Below, one piece after another: positions 49,404 through 62,829 of a DNA stretch of 64,000 nt (position 1 is its first letter; each line of letters begins with the position of its first letter). Both the position numbers and the translations under genes were made by a program. This DNA is from Sphyrna mokarran (taxonomy: Eukaryota): assembly GCA_024679065.1 (NCBI GenBank), contig JAGIQG010000001.1, positions 123,876,001 through 123,940,000 of the forward strand, written 5' to 3'. The notes under the pieces are model-generated. The model worked only from the letters and a program-made list of their open reading frames with translations, made no database searches and was not told the origin of the DNA.

Positions 49404-52400
49404 CTAATAATTAAAAAAAAACATGTTTAAGCAAGAGAATGAATAACAAGATGTAAACTTACAAAATTCAATAATTAATATTTTAAACAGAGTAATTATA
49501 AATTCATGTGAAACCTCTCTCCCTCTGACAACAATGAAAAGGATGGGAATACAATGAATCGCATTGTGTGATTGATGCTTAGATTTCATAGTGCAGTTAT
49601 CGTCCCATATTGCTGAATGCAAGAGCAAAAGCATGATCTAATTCTACACTGTTTGCTCTTGGCAAAAAACTCTGGGGTCCTCCCTATTGTGCACCATAAC
49701 TCAACTGAAACTTAAAAGAAATGCTTAAGGGTCTTTTAAGTAATTTTTTCAGGGACTTTACCAATCTTTCTCTCAAGTTACAGTGAACAGTCAAAAGATT
49801 CCTATGTCAATTCAACCATTCTGTTGCACTGACTGCACAATGTCACACTTCGTGCATTCCAAAATTATTATTTGCCTTTGCAACCATCTGATGGACCTAG
49901 CATCATCAAAGGAACAAAAGGTAATGTTGTCTTTAAGACTGCACAGTATGATTAGTCCCAAGACATCAGACAAGCCTAATAGTTCATTATGTTGCTTTGG
50001 AAAATACAATACATTGAAATGTAGAATGCTTTTCAATCAAATCCTGAAATATGGGGTGGGATTTGCCTCTTCCTCCACAGGATGTTTCACGGCAGTAGGA
50101 GGCAGAGTGCCACTTGATCGAGACAGGATCTTATAACCCCGCCATTGTCAATGGGGTTTCCCGTAGAACACACCCCTCACCTCCAGGAAAGCCATGGTGA
50201 GCATGTGCTGTCAGCAGGATTGTAAGATTCCGCCGACATAAAAGCAGCAAGATTTCAATGATCTGTTTTTCCCTTCCTATATATCATTAGAGAAAGAGAT
50301 TAAGCCTGGTTCCTCAAACAGTGTGATTTCTTTTAATCTTCACTAATTGAAGCACAGATGTATTGCACATGGCGATTGTAAACTCCTTCAATCATGGTGA
50401 AGGTACAGATTTAATCTGATTATAAGGGGAGTGAATTTCTATGGAATTTCTCCTTTTCCGTAACATTGTCAGGAAACATTGCGTAAACCCCGAAGCACAG
50501 CATAAAAGGCATTTATATTATTTATTCAGTGGTTTCCATCACTCCCCACTGCAAATGGAAAGGAGAACTCCTGTGGAAATTCATCTTCTTGAGCTGTGAA
50601 CTTCACCGAACTGTGGATCCAATGCTAAATTACTGTCCATCAGGCGAGCATGGACAATCTCCCTAATCATCAATTGCCAATACTTCTAGACATAGGCGAT
50701 GCATTAATTGAAAAACAGGGAAGATGGAAGAAGTGGATGACCAGGCCATGTGAGAAACAAATTGCTCGATCTGTATATCGGACAAAAAGTCAGAGTACAA
50801 CATCCAGCCGATGGCACATGGAATCCAGCAGAAATTATGGCTGTTTTTCCAGAATCATAATTATATTAAGTACAAACACCAAATGCATGATAGTGTGATG
50901 AAACAGATGCCAAATCATAATAACAAGAAACACCAAGTTATCCTACTGGGAACAGATCATCTAAAATACAATACAGATACAGCAACTCTGAAAACACACA
51001 GCAGCCTCCAACCAAGATCACCATAACAAATCTGGAAGCAAACCATTGATATGTTTCAGAAACCAGTCAATTTATTGCCGTGTATAATGGCATATTAACA
51101 TATAACGTTAATTTATTTTGCAGTCTTGCAAACAGTTTGATTCTCTAAGGGATAAACTCCTAGTTTAGGAAAAAGTAGGGTGTTGTGATATGGTGTACAT
51201 GTACCTTTAAGGCTGAGTATTGCAGACCTAGAAGTCTCTCCTATTTCATCCTTTCTCCACCTTCCTGTTAAAACCATACCACTTCGACCAAATATTTGGC
51301 CACACAACCCGTATCCAATTTTCAAAATTATCACCGATTATTTTCATTACATCTCTGCAAAGCACCATGCAATATTTCCTGATGTCATTAAAGTGGATGA
51401 AAAATTTCATGATAAGATTGTTTTGGTCTTAGCAAAAGTAGCAGTAGTCCTCCATCTGTTGAGCATTAATTTTCTTTTAGTCAAAAATGTTACTTCAAAA
51501 TTAATTATAAATTAATTTCAGCATGTTTTCATTTTAATTAGTGTGCTTAATGGCTAATTTTTGAGCTCCTAGGAGATAGCATTCAGTCTCTGCTACCACC
51601 AGTCCACCCACTCTCTCCCCATCTTATCAAGTAGTTTGAAGACAGCTTTCTTCATGCTGAGCAGTCGACAGCTGTTTGTTATTATTTGCTGCCATGGTTG
51701 TGTGGTGTTGCTAAGGAGCCAATTCCAGTTGCTTGGTGCCCTGGAAATTCCTTGCAGCAAAAAAATTGTCATAACAAATTATTGATCAGAGTAGAAAGCC
51801 ATACAAAATATAAGTAACTCATGATGTTTGGTATTAAACAGGATAATTAGATATGACTAAGAATCAAGACAGGAACTAATATTGGCCATACTTACAATAG
51901 TTATTTTACCATGAAATTCTTAGCTCAATACTGAAATGGTAATGAAACCAACAAAGAGGAACCAAATCAAATTATCAGGGGCATGTACTGCACTCAATTT
52001 ACAAATACAGGTTTTTGCTGTTCCATCACAGGGTTTAATTTTTCAGCTAACATTTGAGATGAATTTTATTGCAAAGGCCACACTTAAAGCATGTAGGGTT
52101 GGAGGGACACTTGCAGTGAGCTGAGAACCCACATAACGGTATGATCAGTTTGCAAAAGGAGAAAGAGCTGACAGACCAAGTACTATGTGTAGAAGTCTTT
52201 CCAAATGGGCAAGTAAGCAGCTATGTAGTGTCACTACTGAAAGACTTTCCAGCCAATTGGGCTTATTGATCAAATATTTCCCGTTGTGCTCTTATTTTGT
52301 TCACTTTTGGGGCATTCTACAGGATTGAAATCTGTGCATTGGCAGTTAAAACCAGAATCCTTAGTTAACCATAATTGTTTACTTACCTGAATGTTTAAAT

Positions 52401-53054
52401 CACTGACCTTGTAGTTCACACAGGGTTCCTGCATAACTAGGGTGTGATTTTCCAGCCCTGCCCATTGTCAGAATTTACCAGTCCTAAAAATAGTCAATGG
52501 ACTTTTGGCTAGCTATCTCTTGTGAAGGATGCTGCCACAATAGGACTGGAATATCCTGGCTGGAAGAACACATCCTTTTCAAAACCGGAAGTGAGCAAGA
52601 TTATATCAGGTTTCTGATAGGCCAGTATTTTCAGCTATTCAGCCTCTCACTTGCACTTGAACCTGAGCTTGCACCTTTCCCTGCCATCCCTTTAGTTAAA
52701 ATCCTGCTTTATGTTTGAAAGTTTCAGTATGGTTTTCCATTGTGCTCATCTTGCAGTGAGAACATTTCAAGATATCAGGAGTCAAGGATAGCAATGAATG
52801 CATCCCTTGTGCATTCAGAGAAGAGATTTATAGCGGGGTCAATATGAGGTGCTAAAAATTGCTGATCTATTAAAGAGTTCCACAAATAAGCAGCCAAATG
52901 TTTTTACGCATCCTCAATATAGAATTGGTTGGCAACCATTGTTGTGGATTCAAATGCCAATTCAAACAATATAGATGCATTGGTGGAGATGCCATTGACC
53001 TGCTCTGCTATGTAAAACTCCCCAGTGCTATGTTTCAAAGGAGAATAAAAGAGC

Positions 53055-53340
53055 TGCTGCATTTGTCTACGTCACAACAAATGACTACCTTAATAGTAAT
53101 TCACTGATTATGAAGAATTTTGAGGCATTCCGAGGCTGTAATAAGGTGCTATATAAATACATTTTTTTCTCAGATGATACTGGTTCAGCTTATAGTACTT
53201 AAACTTGTCATCATCTAGTGCCCTGTCATGACTGCAGGACATTCCAAAACACTTTACAAGCATTACGTTATTTTGTAATTGCAATTACTATTGCAAATTT
53301 GCAACAACATGATTCCACACACAACAAATGAATTATTGGC
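53055..53340. mobile_element. Two tail-to-tail DeuSINE-like 3' relics
   Basis: Plus-strand tail ...AAGGTGCTATATAAATAC (to ~53160); minus-strand tail TAGTGCCCTGTCATGAC...GGACATTCCAAAACACTTTACA (from ~53215). Confidence 0.5.
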
Positions 53341-53429
53341 TCCACAAAGAAAGGAGAAAATTACAGAGAATTATGTAAAGAAATCCGTATATGTAAAGAG
53401 ATACTTTCAGACTAAGAGGTTAGCATTTA

Positions 53430-53618
<189 letters not shown>

Positions 53619-54291
53619 TCAGTAAAACAAATTAAAATTACATTTATAAGGCAATTAAATTGACAAAGTTCGTAAGCACAGGCTCATTTAAGCTTTAACA
53701 TTTCAATATACATTACAGCATCAATTGTTTCTGTAGATCATTTTGCTACATGTAGTTCTAGCCAGCGTTTTTATTGTTGGCAGTTTCTCCCAGGGACCTA
53801 ACTAAATTTGTTATTCTGCTAGAATGGGTTTCCTGGATTAAATCAGTAATGCTTTGAAAAAAATAAGTAGTTAGGATTCAGCTAAATATTCTTTAGGCTT
53901 TTAGTTGTCCTGTTCTGTTCATTGTTTGAATCTATTTTCTTTCATGCTAATAACAATAACAGAATGATTAATATCTTTCAATATCCTCAGTGAATTTTTA
54001 AAAGTATTTCAAGCATATGTTAATTCATTTTTCGAACACTGTAAGACTTAAATTGTTCAACAGTATTTGCAGTGATGTCCTTAGTTCTCTCTGCCTAAGA
54101 ATATAAAGAAATGATAGGAATGGTGCTTTTTAATAAGAGTTTTGGTAAAGGTAACACAATAAAATTATTCTTATTTGAGCAGCTGAAACTAGATAACAAA
54201 AAATCTTAAACAGTTATTCAAAATCACTGGTGTGCCACGAGAGCTGTTCAAGTATGCTATGAAATTTTGTCTTTGGTGCTAGATCATTAGC

Positions 54292-54435
54292 CATGATGTG
54301 GAGGTGCTGACGTTAGACTGGGGTGGGCACAGTAAGAGGTCTCACATCACCAGATTAAAGTCCAACAGGTTTATTTGGAATCACAAATTCCAAATAAACC
54401 TGTTGGACTTTAACCTCTTGTTGTCAGACTTCTTA
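54292..54435. mobile_element. Penelope-like tail plus fold-back, with 13-bp TSD
   Basis: CATGATGTGGAGG...GACTGGGG tail; hairpin TTAAAGTCCAACAGGTTTATTTGGAAT / ATTCCAAATAAACCTGTTGGACTTTAA; CTAGATC(A/G)TTAGC at 54279-54291 and 54436-54448. Confidence 0.85.
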
Positions 54436-56013
54436 CTAGATCGTTAGCTAAGACATCGCTGCATACATTTACTAGAAAGTGGATTAGTATTTAAGGCTAT
54501 ACTCTTCTTATTACTAACAATAAGTATATTTAGAGTGATGCAATGCTTCCACAATGATCCCTTTGTGGAAATCATTTGCCTATAGAAGTGTGCCATGTTA
54601 CTGAAAAGTTGGGAATCGCTGTAAATGTAAACAGAACTAACTGAATAAAAACTTCAAAAACCATGAAGCAATTGGTCAAAATGGAAAAATAAAGAATTGA
54701 TTGAATTTACAGCCTACTTAGTATAGATGCAGATTTGCTCAGTGTGAAAGATAGCTTCAAAAATCTACTTCCATTAAATGATCCTGAATATCTTTATAGA
54801 TATAACTATATAGTTCTAAATGCAGGAGTAATACTAACTGAGAAAAGAATTATCCAAGCTGACTGTTAATCATATGAGTTTAATGTACTTAATTATATTC
54901 AAGTGGTGGGCATTAATGCAAGATTCCCCTGTGTTCATATATATAGGAAAAGGCTGAAACTGTTGTTTGTTAGATGTGGTGACAGTTACATGCAATGTGT
55001 GACTCTATATATAAAAGCTTCTAAGTTTACAAAGAAGCTCCAGTTCTGTCCTTCACTACCAGACTAAGTTGTAGTGATTTCATGACTCATTAAAGAGGGA
55101 TTGTGTAACACCGTGATTTTAAAGGGTTGATTTTATTTTGCAATTGTTGCAAAAAGCTCAGACAGCAAAACTCTACTGCACTTAAACACCAATACACATT
55201 ACTGTGTTTCCTGGTGACGAGGCTGGATGATGGTATTGAGTTCTCTGATGACAGGAGGCAGCTTTGGTGGATTGTTCACATCAGATAAGTGAAGTGTTGG
55301 AGGTGGAAGAAGGAAATTTAGGACTGGAAAGTCCCAAGGTTATTTCCTAGTGTAGTTTACCGGAATATCCTGCACTATATCACCCATTAAGAAATCTCTA
55401 GCATTAAAAAAAAGTACTCATTTACACGCCTTTGATCCCTACTGGCACAATCTAGTTGCTTGCCCGATTTCTCGAGATGGGACCCATACTGTTGTCACTG
55501 CTGCTATCAGCAGCTAAGATCTTAGTGGTATCTGACTGAGATCATCAAACTTATTGCTTAAATGTTAATGCAACAAGAGCCCTGGCCATCAGGAAATACA
55601 TTCATTTTTAAGTTTTCTCTTGCATTATTCCCTTCAAATGAGGTGAATTAAGTGAAAATCATCCCCTATGACTCCATATCAATTAAAGTAAAATCTCAAA
55701 CTAGCAAGGAATTTTCTTTCAATTGCTAAGATAGATATCAAGTAATTCTAAAGTCATCTATTTAAGTCTCAGCACAACAAAATGTGAAATTAAGTTCTGT
55801 ACATCTGGTAATCTCAGTTAACAGCATAAATCTGATGCTGAGAACTGCCAGATAATTTTAAAGGGCCCAACTTGCTCACTAATGTGTTCTTAAGAAAGGA
55901 ACCCAATGGATACTGTCCCTTAAATTTCATTTCTTATAGCAAAAAAAAAGCTGTTGTTAAAACCTCAAATTCAGTGGCACAGCTATATGTCCCAACTGGA
56001 CAAAGTTCAATAC

Positions 56014-56116
56014 CAAGAAGTGGTGCCTTTCTCCAATAGCCATCTCGTACTTCTATGTAGTCATACCAGCACAGTCGACTCTTGAAGAGATCCATGGTTG
56101 TAAAATTCAAAACAAT
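56014..56116 (-). CDS. TLL1: TLL1 coding exon (~exon 10), CUB1 middle
   Basis: [34 protein letters not shown](G); acceptor TTGCAG|ATT, donor G|GTATTG; 103 nt. Confidence 0.96.
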
Positions 56117-57545
56117 CTGCAATAGAAATGAATAGAGTTCATGAAAATGTCCCATCCAATCTTCTTAAACTGCTGGATTTAAACAACACAGGGTATTTTC
56201 TCATGAAACAGGAATGGAAGCTAGTCATCCTCATTCCTGAGGGACTGCCTCAGAAGAAAAGGATATTTTCTCATGTCCTGGCTGCAGTCCTATCATGAAA
56301 CCATTATATTTCTTTAAACCAGATTCCCATTTATAACCATACAGAGAACAGTGTCACCCAAAGATCAGTAGTGAAGAGCAGATACAAAAAAGGTCAAGTG
56401 AACTGGACATTGTGGTGATCTGATGCAAGCTGTAGAATTTAGGCACACAGGACAAGATTCCCGAAATTCTAATTAGCTGAAATATTGACAATTTAGTGAT
56501 GTAATCATAACTTCAATTCATCTAAATGACCATGCTACACTTCCTGTTGAAGTGTATTTGACCATACCCCATTAATTATCATGACTAAACTTCAGAATGT
56601 TTTTCTGGAAAGCTGCTGCAAATTATAGTATTACTATTTTTGCCTCAAAAGGTCACAGCAAAAATAAAAAGTTTGAGATGTTCCCATGTGTTTGTGTAGG
56701 ATAATGTCAAATCTTGCCAGATGCACATCCAGACGGCAGGAACTACCATCCCTGCCATCAAAGACTTACTTCATCAAAAGCAACAGTGTCTCAACAAAAC
56801 CAAACACTGGATTGGGTTATGAAGTTGCTGTTCCAGCATTAAGCTAGCATAGCCATCAACTGCCTTTCATAGAAAATGCCCAATCAATGGAATTATTAAT
56901 TGTGCAGTGTCTAAGACAGGTAACCAATCTGGCTCATCAAATTTATATCCAGACAGTAACACACCGCAATGTGTTCCATGGCTGTTTTTCTCTGCTTCAA
57001 AATGTTCATCCTAAGAGCCCCTCAGATTAACAATGAAAGTTTCTGGTTTGCTTCGCAATGGTGCTGAATTTGTTTGAAGATGAAGATAAAGAGGGAAAAA
57101 GAAGGTTGATTTTTAGACTTAAAGATAATCAATCAGCCTGACTCTAAAGATAGAAAGTGGATACAATCCAAATCTGGCAGATGGTACCTGGAGGTATTGA
57201 TTTCGTTGTTGATTGTATGAAAGATGAAGTCGCATGCTTTCAAAGAGAAATCTTTAAATTATTTGAAGATAGGCCATTTGGGAAAAGTTGCAGGAGAAGG
57301 GAATCACAAGAAAACAGACCGAGTTGCCTCATGTTTGTCTTGAGGTTAATTTCATCTTGAAATCAGTAAGGGAAATGTTTTCACATTCCTGTATTTGAAA
57401 TTTTTCCCTAATTAAGAATCATAGATACCCTAAAGTGCAGAAAGAACCATTCGGCCACTGACAACAATCCCACCCAGGCCCTATCCCTGTAATCCCCCAT
57501 ATTTATCCCACTAATCCCTCTAACCTACACATTCCAGGACAATAA

Positions 57546-58593
57546 GGGCCCAATTTTACCATCACAAAAATATGGCACCCGAAAACGTCGGGTGTGAGGT
57601 GAGTAGTGTGATCCGCTCCCACTTCCGCGGCAGTTCCCCCTTTACCAAGGCTCAAAACTGGCCACAATCAGCACTATACCCAAAACGGATGCAACGGCCA
57701 TTTACATGCATTTGCATGCATTTAAATTGACTGCACCTCAACCTTATCAGCAGTTCCCCCTTTACCACCGTGTTCACCCATCCAGAATCCGCAAGAAACA
57801 GACAAGTTCTACAAAAGTCCAATTTGGGCACTCCAGTTAGTGAAGTGCCAAATATCCAATGGCTCTCTGCTTGAGATCGATGAGGGGTTGGGGGTGTGGT
57901 CTGCTGTCCTCTGCCTGGGATCATTTGGGGGGAAGTGGGGCGGGATCTGCTGCCACTCTGTCTGAGATCAGTGTGGGGAGTGGGGGAAGGAGTACCTGCT
58001 GCCACTCTACCTGAGATCAGTGACAGGGAAGGAAGAGGCTGCTACCACTCTGCCTAAGATCAGGTGGGGTGGGGGATGGGGAGGAGGAAGGGGAGATCCT
58101 CTGCCACTCTGCCTGAGAACTGAGGGAGGGAGATGGGGGTCCACTTCTAGTCTGCCTGAGTTTAGTTGTGTGGGTGGGTGGGGGGGGATTGTGTCCACTG
58201 TCACTCTGTCTGAGATAAGTGGGGCAAGGAAGGATAAGGGCCTGCGATCGGTTTGTGTGGCGGGGGGATAAGGGGGTCAGTAACGTTGTGTGGCTGGGAC
58301 AAAGTTTGTGGGGGTCAAAGAAAGACATTATCCAGCCCAGGACATGTCAGGGGAGCCTCATTCTATCATTTTGTTTCTGCACATGCACAGTTGGAGGCAC
58401 CAATCGGAGCTGCAGGGTTTCGGGAGTATTAAGCCCCACCCACAGGCTTCGGCAGCGCGATTCCGATTCACTGATATTTTTTCAGGTACAGCGCATATGG
58501 AGGCATGTGGGAACGGGTCTAAAAGTTGGATCTGAAATACTCCCAGTTTAAAGACCGCCCGGCATTTATGATCAAAATGGCAAAATAGGGCCC
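57546..58593. mobile_element. Non-autonomous PIF/Harbinger element (1048 bp)
   Basis: TIRs GGGCCCAATTTTACCAT / ATGGCAAAATAGGGCCC (15/17 match); TAA TSD at 57543-57545 and 58594-58596. Confidence 0.9.
57864..58225. repeat. G-rich minisatellite inside the Harbinger element
   Basis: About 8 units of ~40-60 nt with core CTGCCACTCTGCCTGAGATCAG followed by G-runs. Confidence 0.8.
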
Positions 58594-58835
58594 TAAAGGG
58601 CAATTTAGCACGGCTAATGCACCTAACTCACACATCTTTGGACTGTAGGAGGAAACCGGAGCACCTGGAGGAAACGCATGCAGACACTGGGTGAATGTGC
58701 AAACTCCACACTGGGAATCAAACCCAGGTCCCTGGAGCTATGAGGAAGCAGTGCTAGCTATTATGCCACTGTATTGCCCTAAAGACCCGTAAGATCTAAA
58801 CTTATATCTCTGCCAATTTTATCAATTATCTCCGT

Positions 58836-59048
58836 AAACCTACACATTTATCATGGTTAATCCAGCTAATCTACACATCTTTGAACACTAAGGGGCAATT
58901 TTAGTATGTCCCATCAATCTAACCTGCGCATCCTAGTACTGTAGGAGGAAACCCACGCAGACATAGGGAGAGTATACATATTCCACACAGGCAGTCACCC
59001 AAGACCAGAATCAACAAGGGTCCCTAGCGTTGTGAGACAGCAGTGTTA
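58836..59048 (-). mobile_element. HE1-like SINE (partial)
   Basis: ACACTAAGGGGCAATTT...GGAGGAAACCCACGCAGAC...GGGTCCCTAGCGTTGTGAGACAGCAGTG. Confidence 0.8.
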
Positions 59049-59164
59049 GGCTGACTGTTTAAAAGGTCTTCCTCGATTCTCTAGGTTTTGCCCCAGCTAT
59101 GTCATTAACTATTAGGCTGTCTAGCTAAAGCCCCTCATCCACCTGAGGAGATGATGAAATAGTG

Positions 59165-59522
59165 ATACTATAACTGGGCTAGTAATCCAAAGACCTAGCT
59201 AATTCTTTGGGGACACTGGTTCAAATCCCTCTATGGCAGATTGTAGATTTGAATTCAATTTATAAATATGGAACATGAAGATGGTCTCAGCAATGATGAC
59301 CATGAAAACGATCGTTAATTTCCATAAAAACCCGTCTGCTTCATCAATATCCTTGAGGGAGGAAAATCTGCCATCCTTATCTGGTCTGACTCTGGACCAC
59401 TGTGATATCATTGACTTTTAATTGTTCTCTGAATTGGCTAGCAAGCCAGTCTATTCAACATCAATTAGGATTAAGAACAACAAATGCTGGCATTGCCAGT
59501 CACACTCACATTGCATGAATAA
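59165..59522 (+). mobile_element. tRNA-derived SINE of a second family
   Basis: B-box-like GGTTCAAATCCC; body GATGACCATGAAA...GGGAGGAAAATCTGCCATCCTTA...; tail ATGCTGGCATTGCCAG...CATGAATAA. Confidence 0.6.
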
Positions 59523-61784
59523 ACATAGGACCCATTCCCCATGCCCCATCAATACCCACCCATCCATCCCCAACGGCCTCTCATACACTCCATGCCCCAT
59601 CACTGATATCTTTTATAGCCTCTATGTCAGCTAAATGCCAGTTTTTCCTCACACATCACCATGGACCTTACAGCCCCAGTGTTAACTTACTACCAACTCA
59701 TGGGCAGAAATAGGAATTCTTGGAAATGGGGATGGAACTTCTGAATCTAAATTCACAGCACCAGTTTGGAGAAGTTGTGGACTCTCTACAATTACAAATC
59801 AAAGCCTTAGTACACCATTAAAATCTCAGTTACTTTTGATTGACCAGGTATCCAGTTTCATCGACCTACGCATCAAGAATCCTGGGTAATTTCCATATGT
59901 AACTGAACATATGCAGGTGGCAGCAACAGCTGTCAATTTTACTCAGTAGAAATGGAGATTGCAGCTGTTCAATTATTATTATTGTAAATTTTAAGCCAAT
60001 AGATGGACTATTAAACATATAAAACTGTGAGAGATGCAAGCACAGAAAACAGAACACAAACTTGGTATGGGTTTTGAAAAATGAAAGACGAAACAGAGCA
60101 TACTGGATGGGTGCAATTGATTACAAATAAATAATTCAATGGTCTAATTCAGATGACATCAACAAAATAGAAGAATAAACTTTAGATGGCTTGTCTTTTT
60201 TCAGAAATGAAAGATTGAACTACTTACTGTAATCCTGTGCCAGTCATTTGATATATTTATTTTTAAACGCATACTTTTTTTTTTCAACTTCTACCAATAC
60301 GATTTTTATATTAAAGTAGTTTCTTTATACAACTTCATCCCACTAATCAAACTAACAGCTTATTCATACCATGACTGGATTGGTTTGCATAGCTATACTT
60401 AAGGAATTAGATAAAGCACCAATACAGCTATAACAAGAAGCTGGAAATAGTTATTTGTTGCTTCATGGTTTTATTTTCCTTTGATCTTTATTTATAGTGA
60501 TCAAGGTAACTCCAGTTAGAATGATTTCTCTCTGCCTGAACACAGAAAGCTTGTACATGCTGTCTATTTATCCAGGATTAAAATGGTTAACAACTAGCCT
60601 CATATCTGGATTTTTACTGATTGGATTGACTCTGGAGTCTTTGAAAAAAGATGGATGGGAATAGTTTCTGGGAATCCCACCTCCATTCCTATTTCTGGCT
60701 ATTTTTGCAAGCATGGGATAATGGTGCAGTCAACCATATCTAACTCTCTTATTGTGTTCATTGCAGGGATAAGTAGTTCCTATCTCTTTGCAGTTTTAGT
60801 GGGATCAGGCCCCTTCTGTAAGTAGACATGGTTACAGCCTTTCAGATGAGTCATGAAACATGGGGAACACCCAGATGCAAGTGGAAAACCAAAAATAAAC
60901 TGCTCCTGGAATTCTTTAACTTACTAGCTTTAAAATTTAGAAAAAATCCTTAAGTTTTGATGGATAGGTGCTGCATTCTAAATTAGGTATGTTGTACAGT
61001 AGTCTTAGATTATAGAACTCTGTCCTGCAAAAGTAAATTCACTATCACATTGACCAACATTCGTCGAGGTGCATGAATGCACTTTTCCCATTGGAAAGAA
61101 ATACTATCTTCCATGCAAAACTGAAGGTTGTTGTTCTTGGAAACTCTTAAATGCCCAGAATACTTTTAAATTAAACAAAAAAAGCAGTTATCACAGAGGA
61201 AACAAAAAAAACTTACTCCTAGAATGCTTTGATTGGCAGGAAACCTCAAATAATTTAGGAAAAAGCCATCCAGTTTTTTTTTACAATAGATTCCATTGTT
61301 TACGTTCCCTAGGGTTCAGTATTACGACTAAACCTATTATGAAAACTTGGCTGAGTTTCAAAAACACATAACCAATTATCTTTATGGGGGTTAAGTTCAC
61401 ATTTTGGTTGATATTGTTAAAAATTATTATTTTTTGATATGACAAGTAAAAAGGCATTGTTTTGTTTTTACAACAGATTGACCATTTGGGGGAATTTAAT
61501 TTTTTTTTATAGTGCCTTCTATGAATGAAGGATATTTTTCAGTATGAAATGTGTTTGAATGGCAGCGTCATTAGAAAGTCAAAAGAAACAGTGTGACAAT
61601 GACCTTCAAGGCCACTGGTAGGAGTAGCTTCCCACTTCATAAGGCATTAGGTCCTCTTAAACAATGTGGCACATGTGATCCACCAGAGTTCAGAGTAAAT
61701 GCAGATGTGCATGGCATTGCTTCGTAAATAGAAGATTCTTCAGTATACGTTTGATTTAGAAAGCTGGGTCCTTGGACTGTGTCT

Positions 61785-62120
61785 GGGTGGCACAGAGGTT
61801 GGCACTGCTGTTTCACAGTCCAGGAACCCAGGTTCAATTCCAACCTTGGATGACTAGGTGGAGTTTACACATTCTTCATGTGTTGGCATGTGGTTCTGCT
61901 GGATGCCCCAGTTTCCTCCCACAGTCTTAAGATTAGATGGATTGGCCATGATAAATTGTCCCTTATGTCCAAAGATATGTAGGTTAGGGTGATTAGTCAT
62001 GGTAAATGTGCGGAGTTACAGGGATAAGGGGTGGGGAGACTGGGGCAAGTAACTTTTTTGGAAAGTCTGTGCAGACTCGATGGACATCCTGCTGCACTAT
62101 AGAGGTTTTATGTTTCTATG
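61785..62120 (+). mobile_element. HE1-like SINE, full length
   Basis: GGGTGGCACAGAGGTTGGCACTGCTG head, GGTTCAATTCC, V-domain, tail TTTTATGTTTCTATG. Confidence 0.85.
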
Positions 62121-62613
62121 CATTCCTCTGTTACTCAATTTCTTGTTATGTTTCCCCTGTTTCCTGAAGCTCCACCGGAAGGCGCATTTGGTATCAGCTA
62201 ATTAGCCTTTTCTTCCTCCATACATTAGAAACCTCAAGAAGGCAATATTGAGCCCTGGACCCACAGCTATTTTATTTTTCTCTTTGAAATGAAGGACGAA
62301 ATATGTTAACGCATAGCAATTAAAAATAGTGAAGCTCATAATCTTGTACCAAAGGCAACTGTGATGATTTTTGGTGCTTCTGCTTTATTAACCTTGTCAC
62401 TGAATGCAGCCTTGGATCTAGGGTGCTAAAATACATATCAAGATGACCCAAGATGCCACCCCCGAGATTGATATCTGAATTCCAAAGAGGTTGGAGAAGG
62501 TGTGAATGACTTGAGTGACCTGAACTAGTTCAGTGCATCAATCTCAGATCTGCCACACTCATTAACAATAAGTGGTTCATGATTAATTACTGGCTGCCCT
62601 TTGGCCCATTATG

Positions 62614-62829
62614 GAATCATAGAATAGAATCAAAAACCTACAATGCAGGAGGTCATTTAGCCCATCAGAGGCACTGACTCTCCAAAAGAGTATCTTACCT
62701 GGGCCTACATCCCCATCTTATCCCCATTACCTTGTGTATTTATCAGGGCTAATCCACCCAATCTACACACCTTTGGACACTAAGGTGCAATTTACCATGG
62801 CCAATCCACTTACACTGCATATCTTTGGA
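62614..62829 (-). mobile_element. HE1-like SINE 3' half
   Basis: GAATCATAGAAT tail through GGACACTAAGGTGCAATTTACCATGGCCAATCCAC. Confidence 0.8.

Larger units (their letters stand above)
57415..58779 (-). mobile_element. HE1-like SINE split in two (57415-57545 and 58594-58779) by a MITE
   Basis: The two halves rejoin as GGACAATAA|AGGGCAATTTAGCAC, matching GACACTAAGGGGCAATTTAGC in the other copies. Confidence 0.85.

Noticed and set aside
57864-58225. CRISPR-like alternation of repeat and variable spacer
   Set aside because: Eukaryotic intron, degenerate repeats, low-complexity G-rich spacers, no cas genes; it is a minisatellite
59140-59164. CAC-CTGAGGA-GATGAT-GAAA-TA-GTG hammerhead-like string
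   Set aside because: No stem II or stem III can form and there is no PLE flank; likely chance
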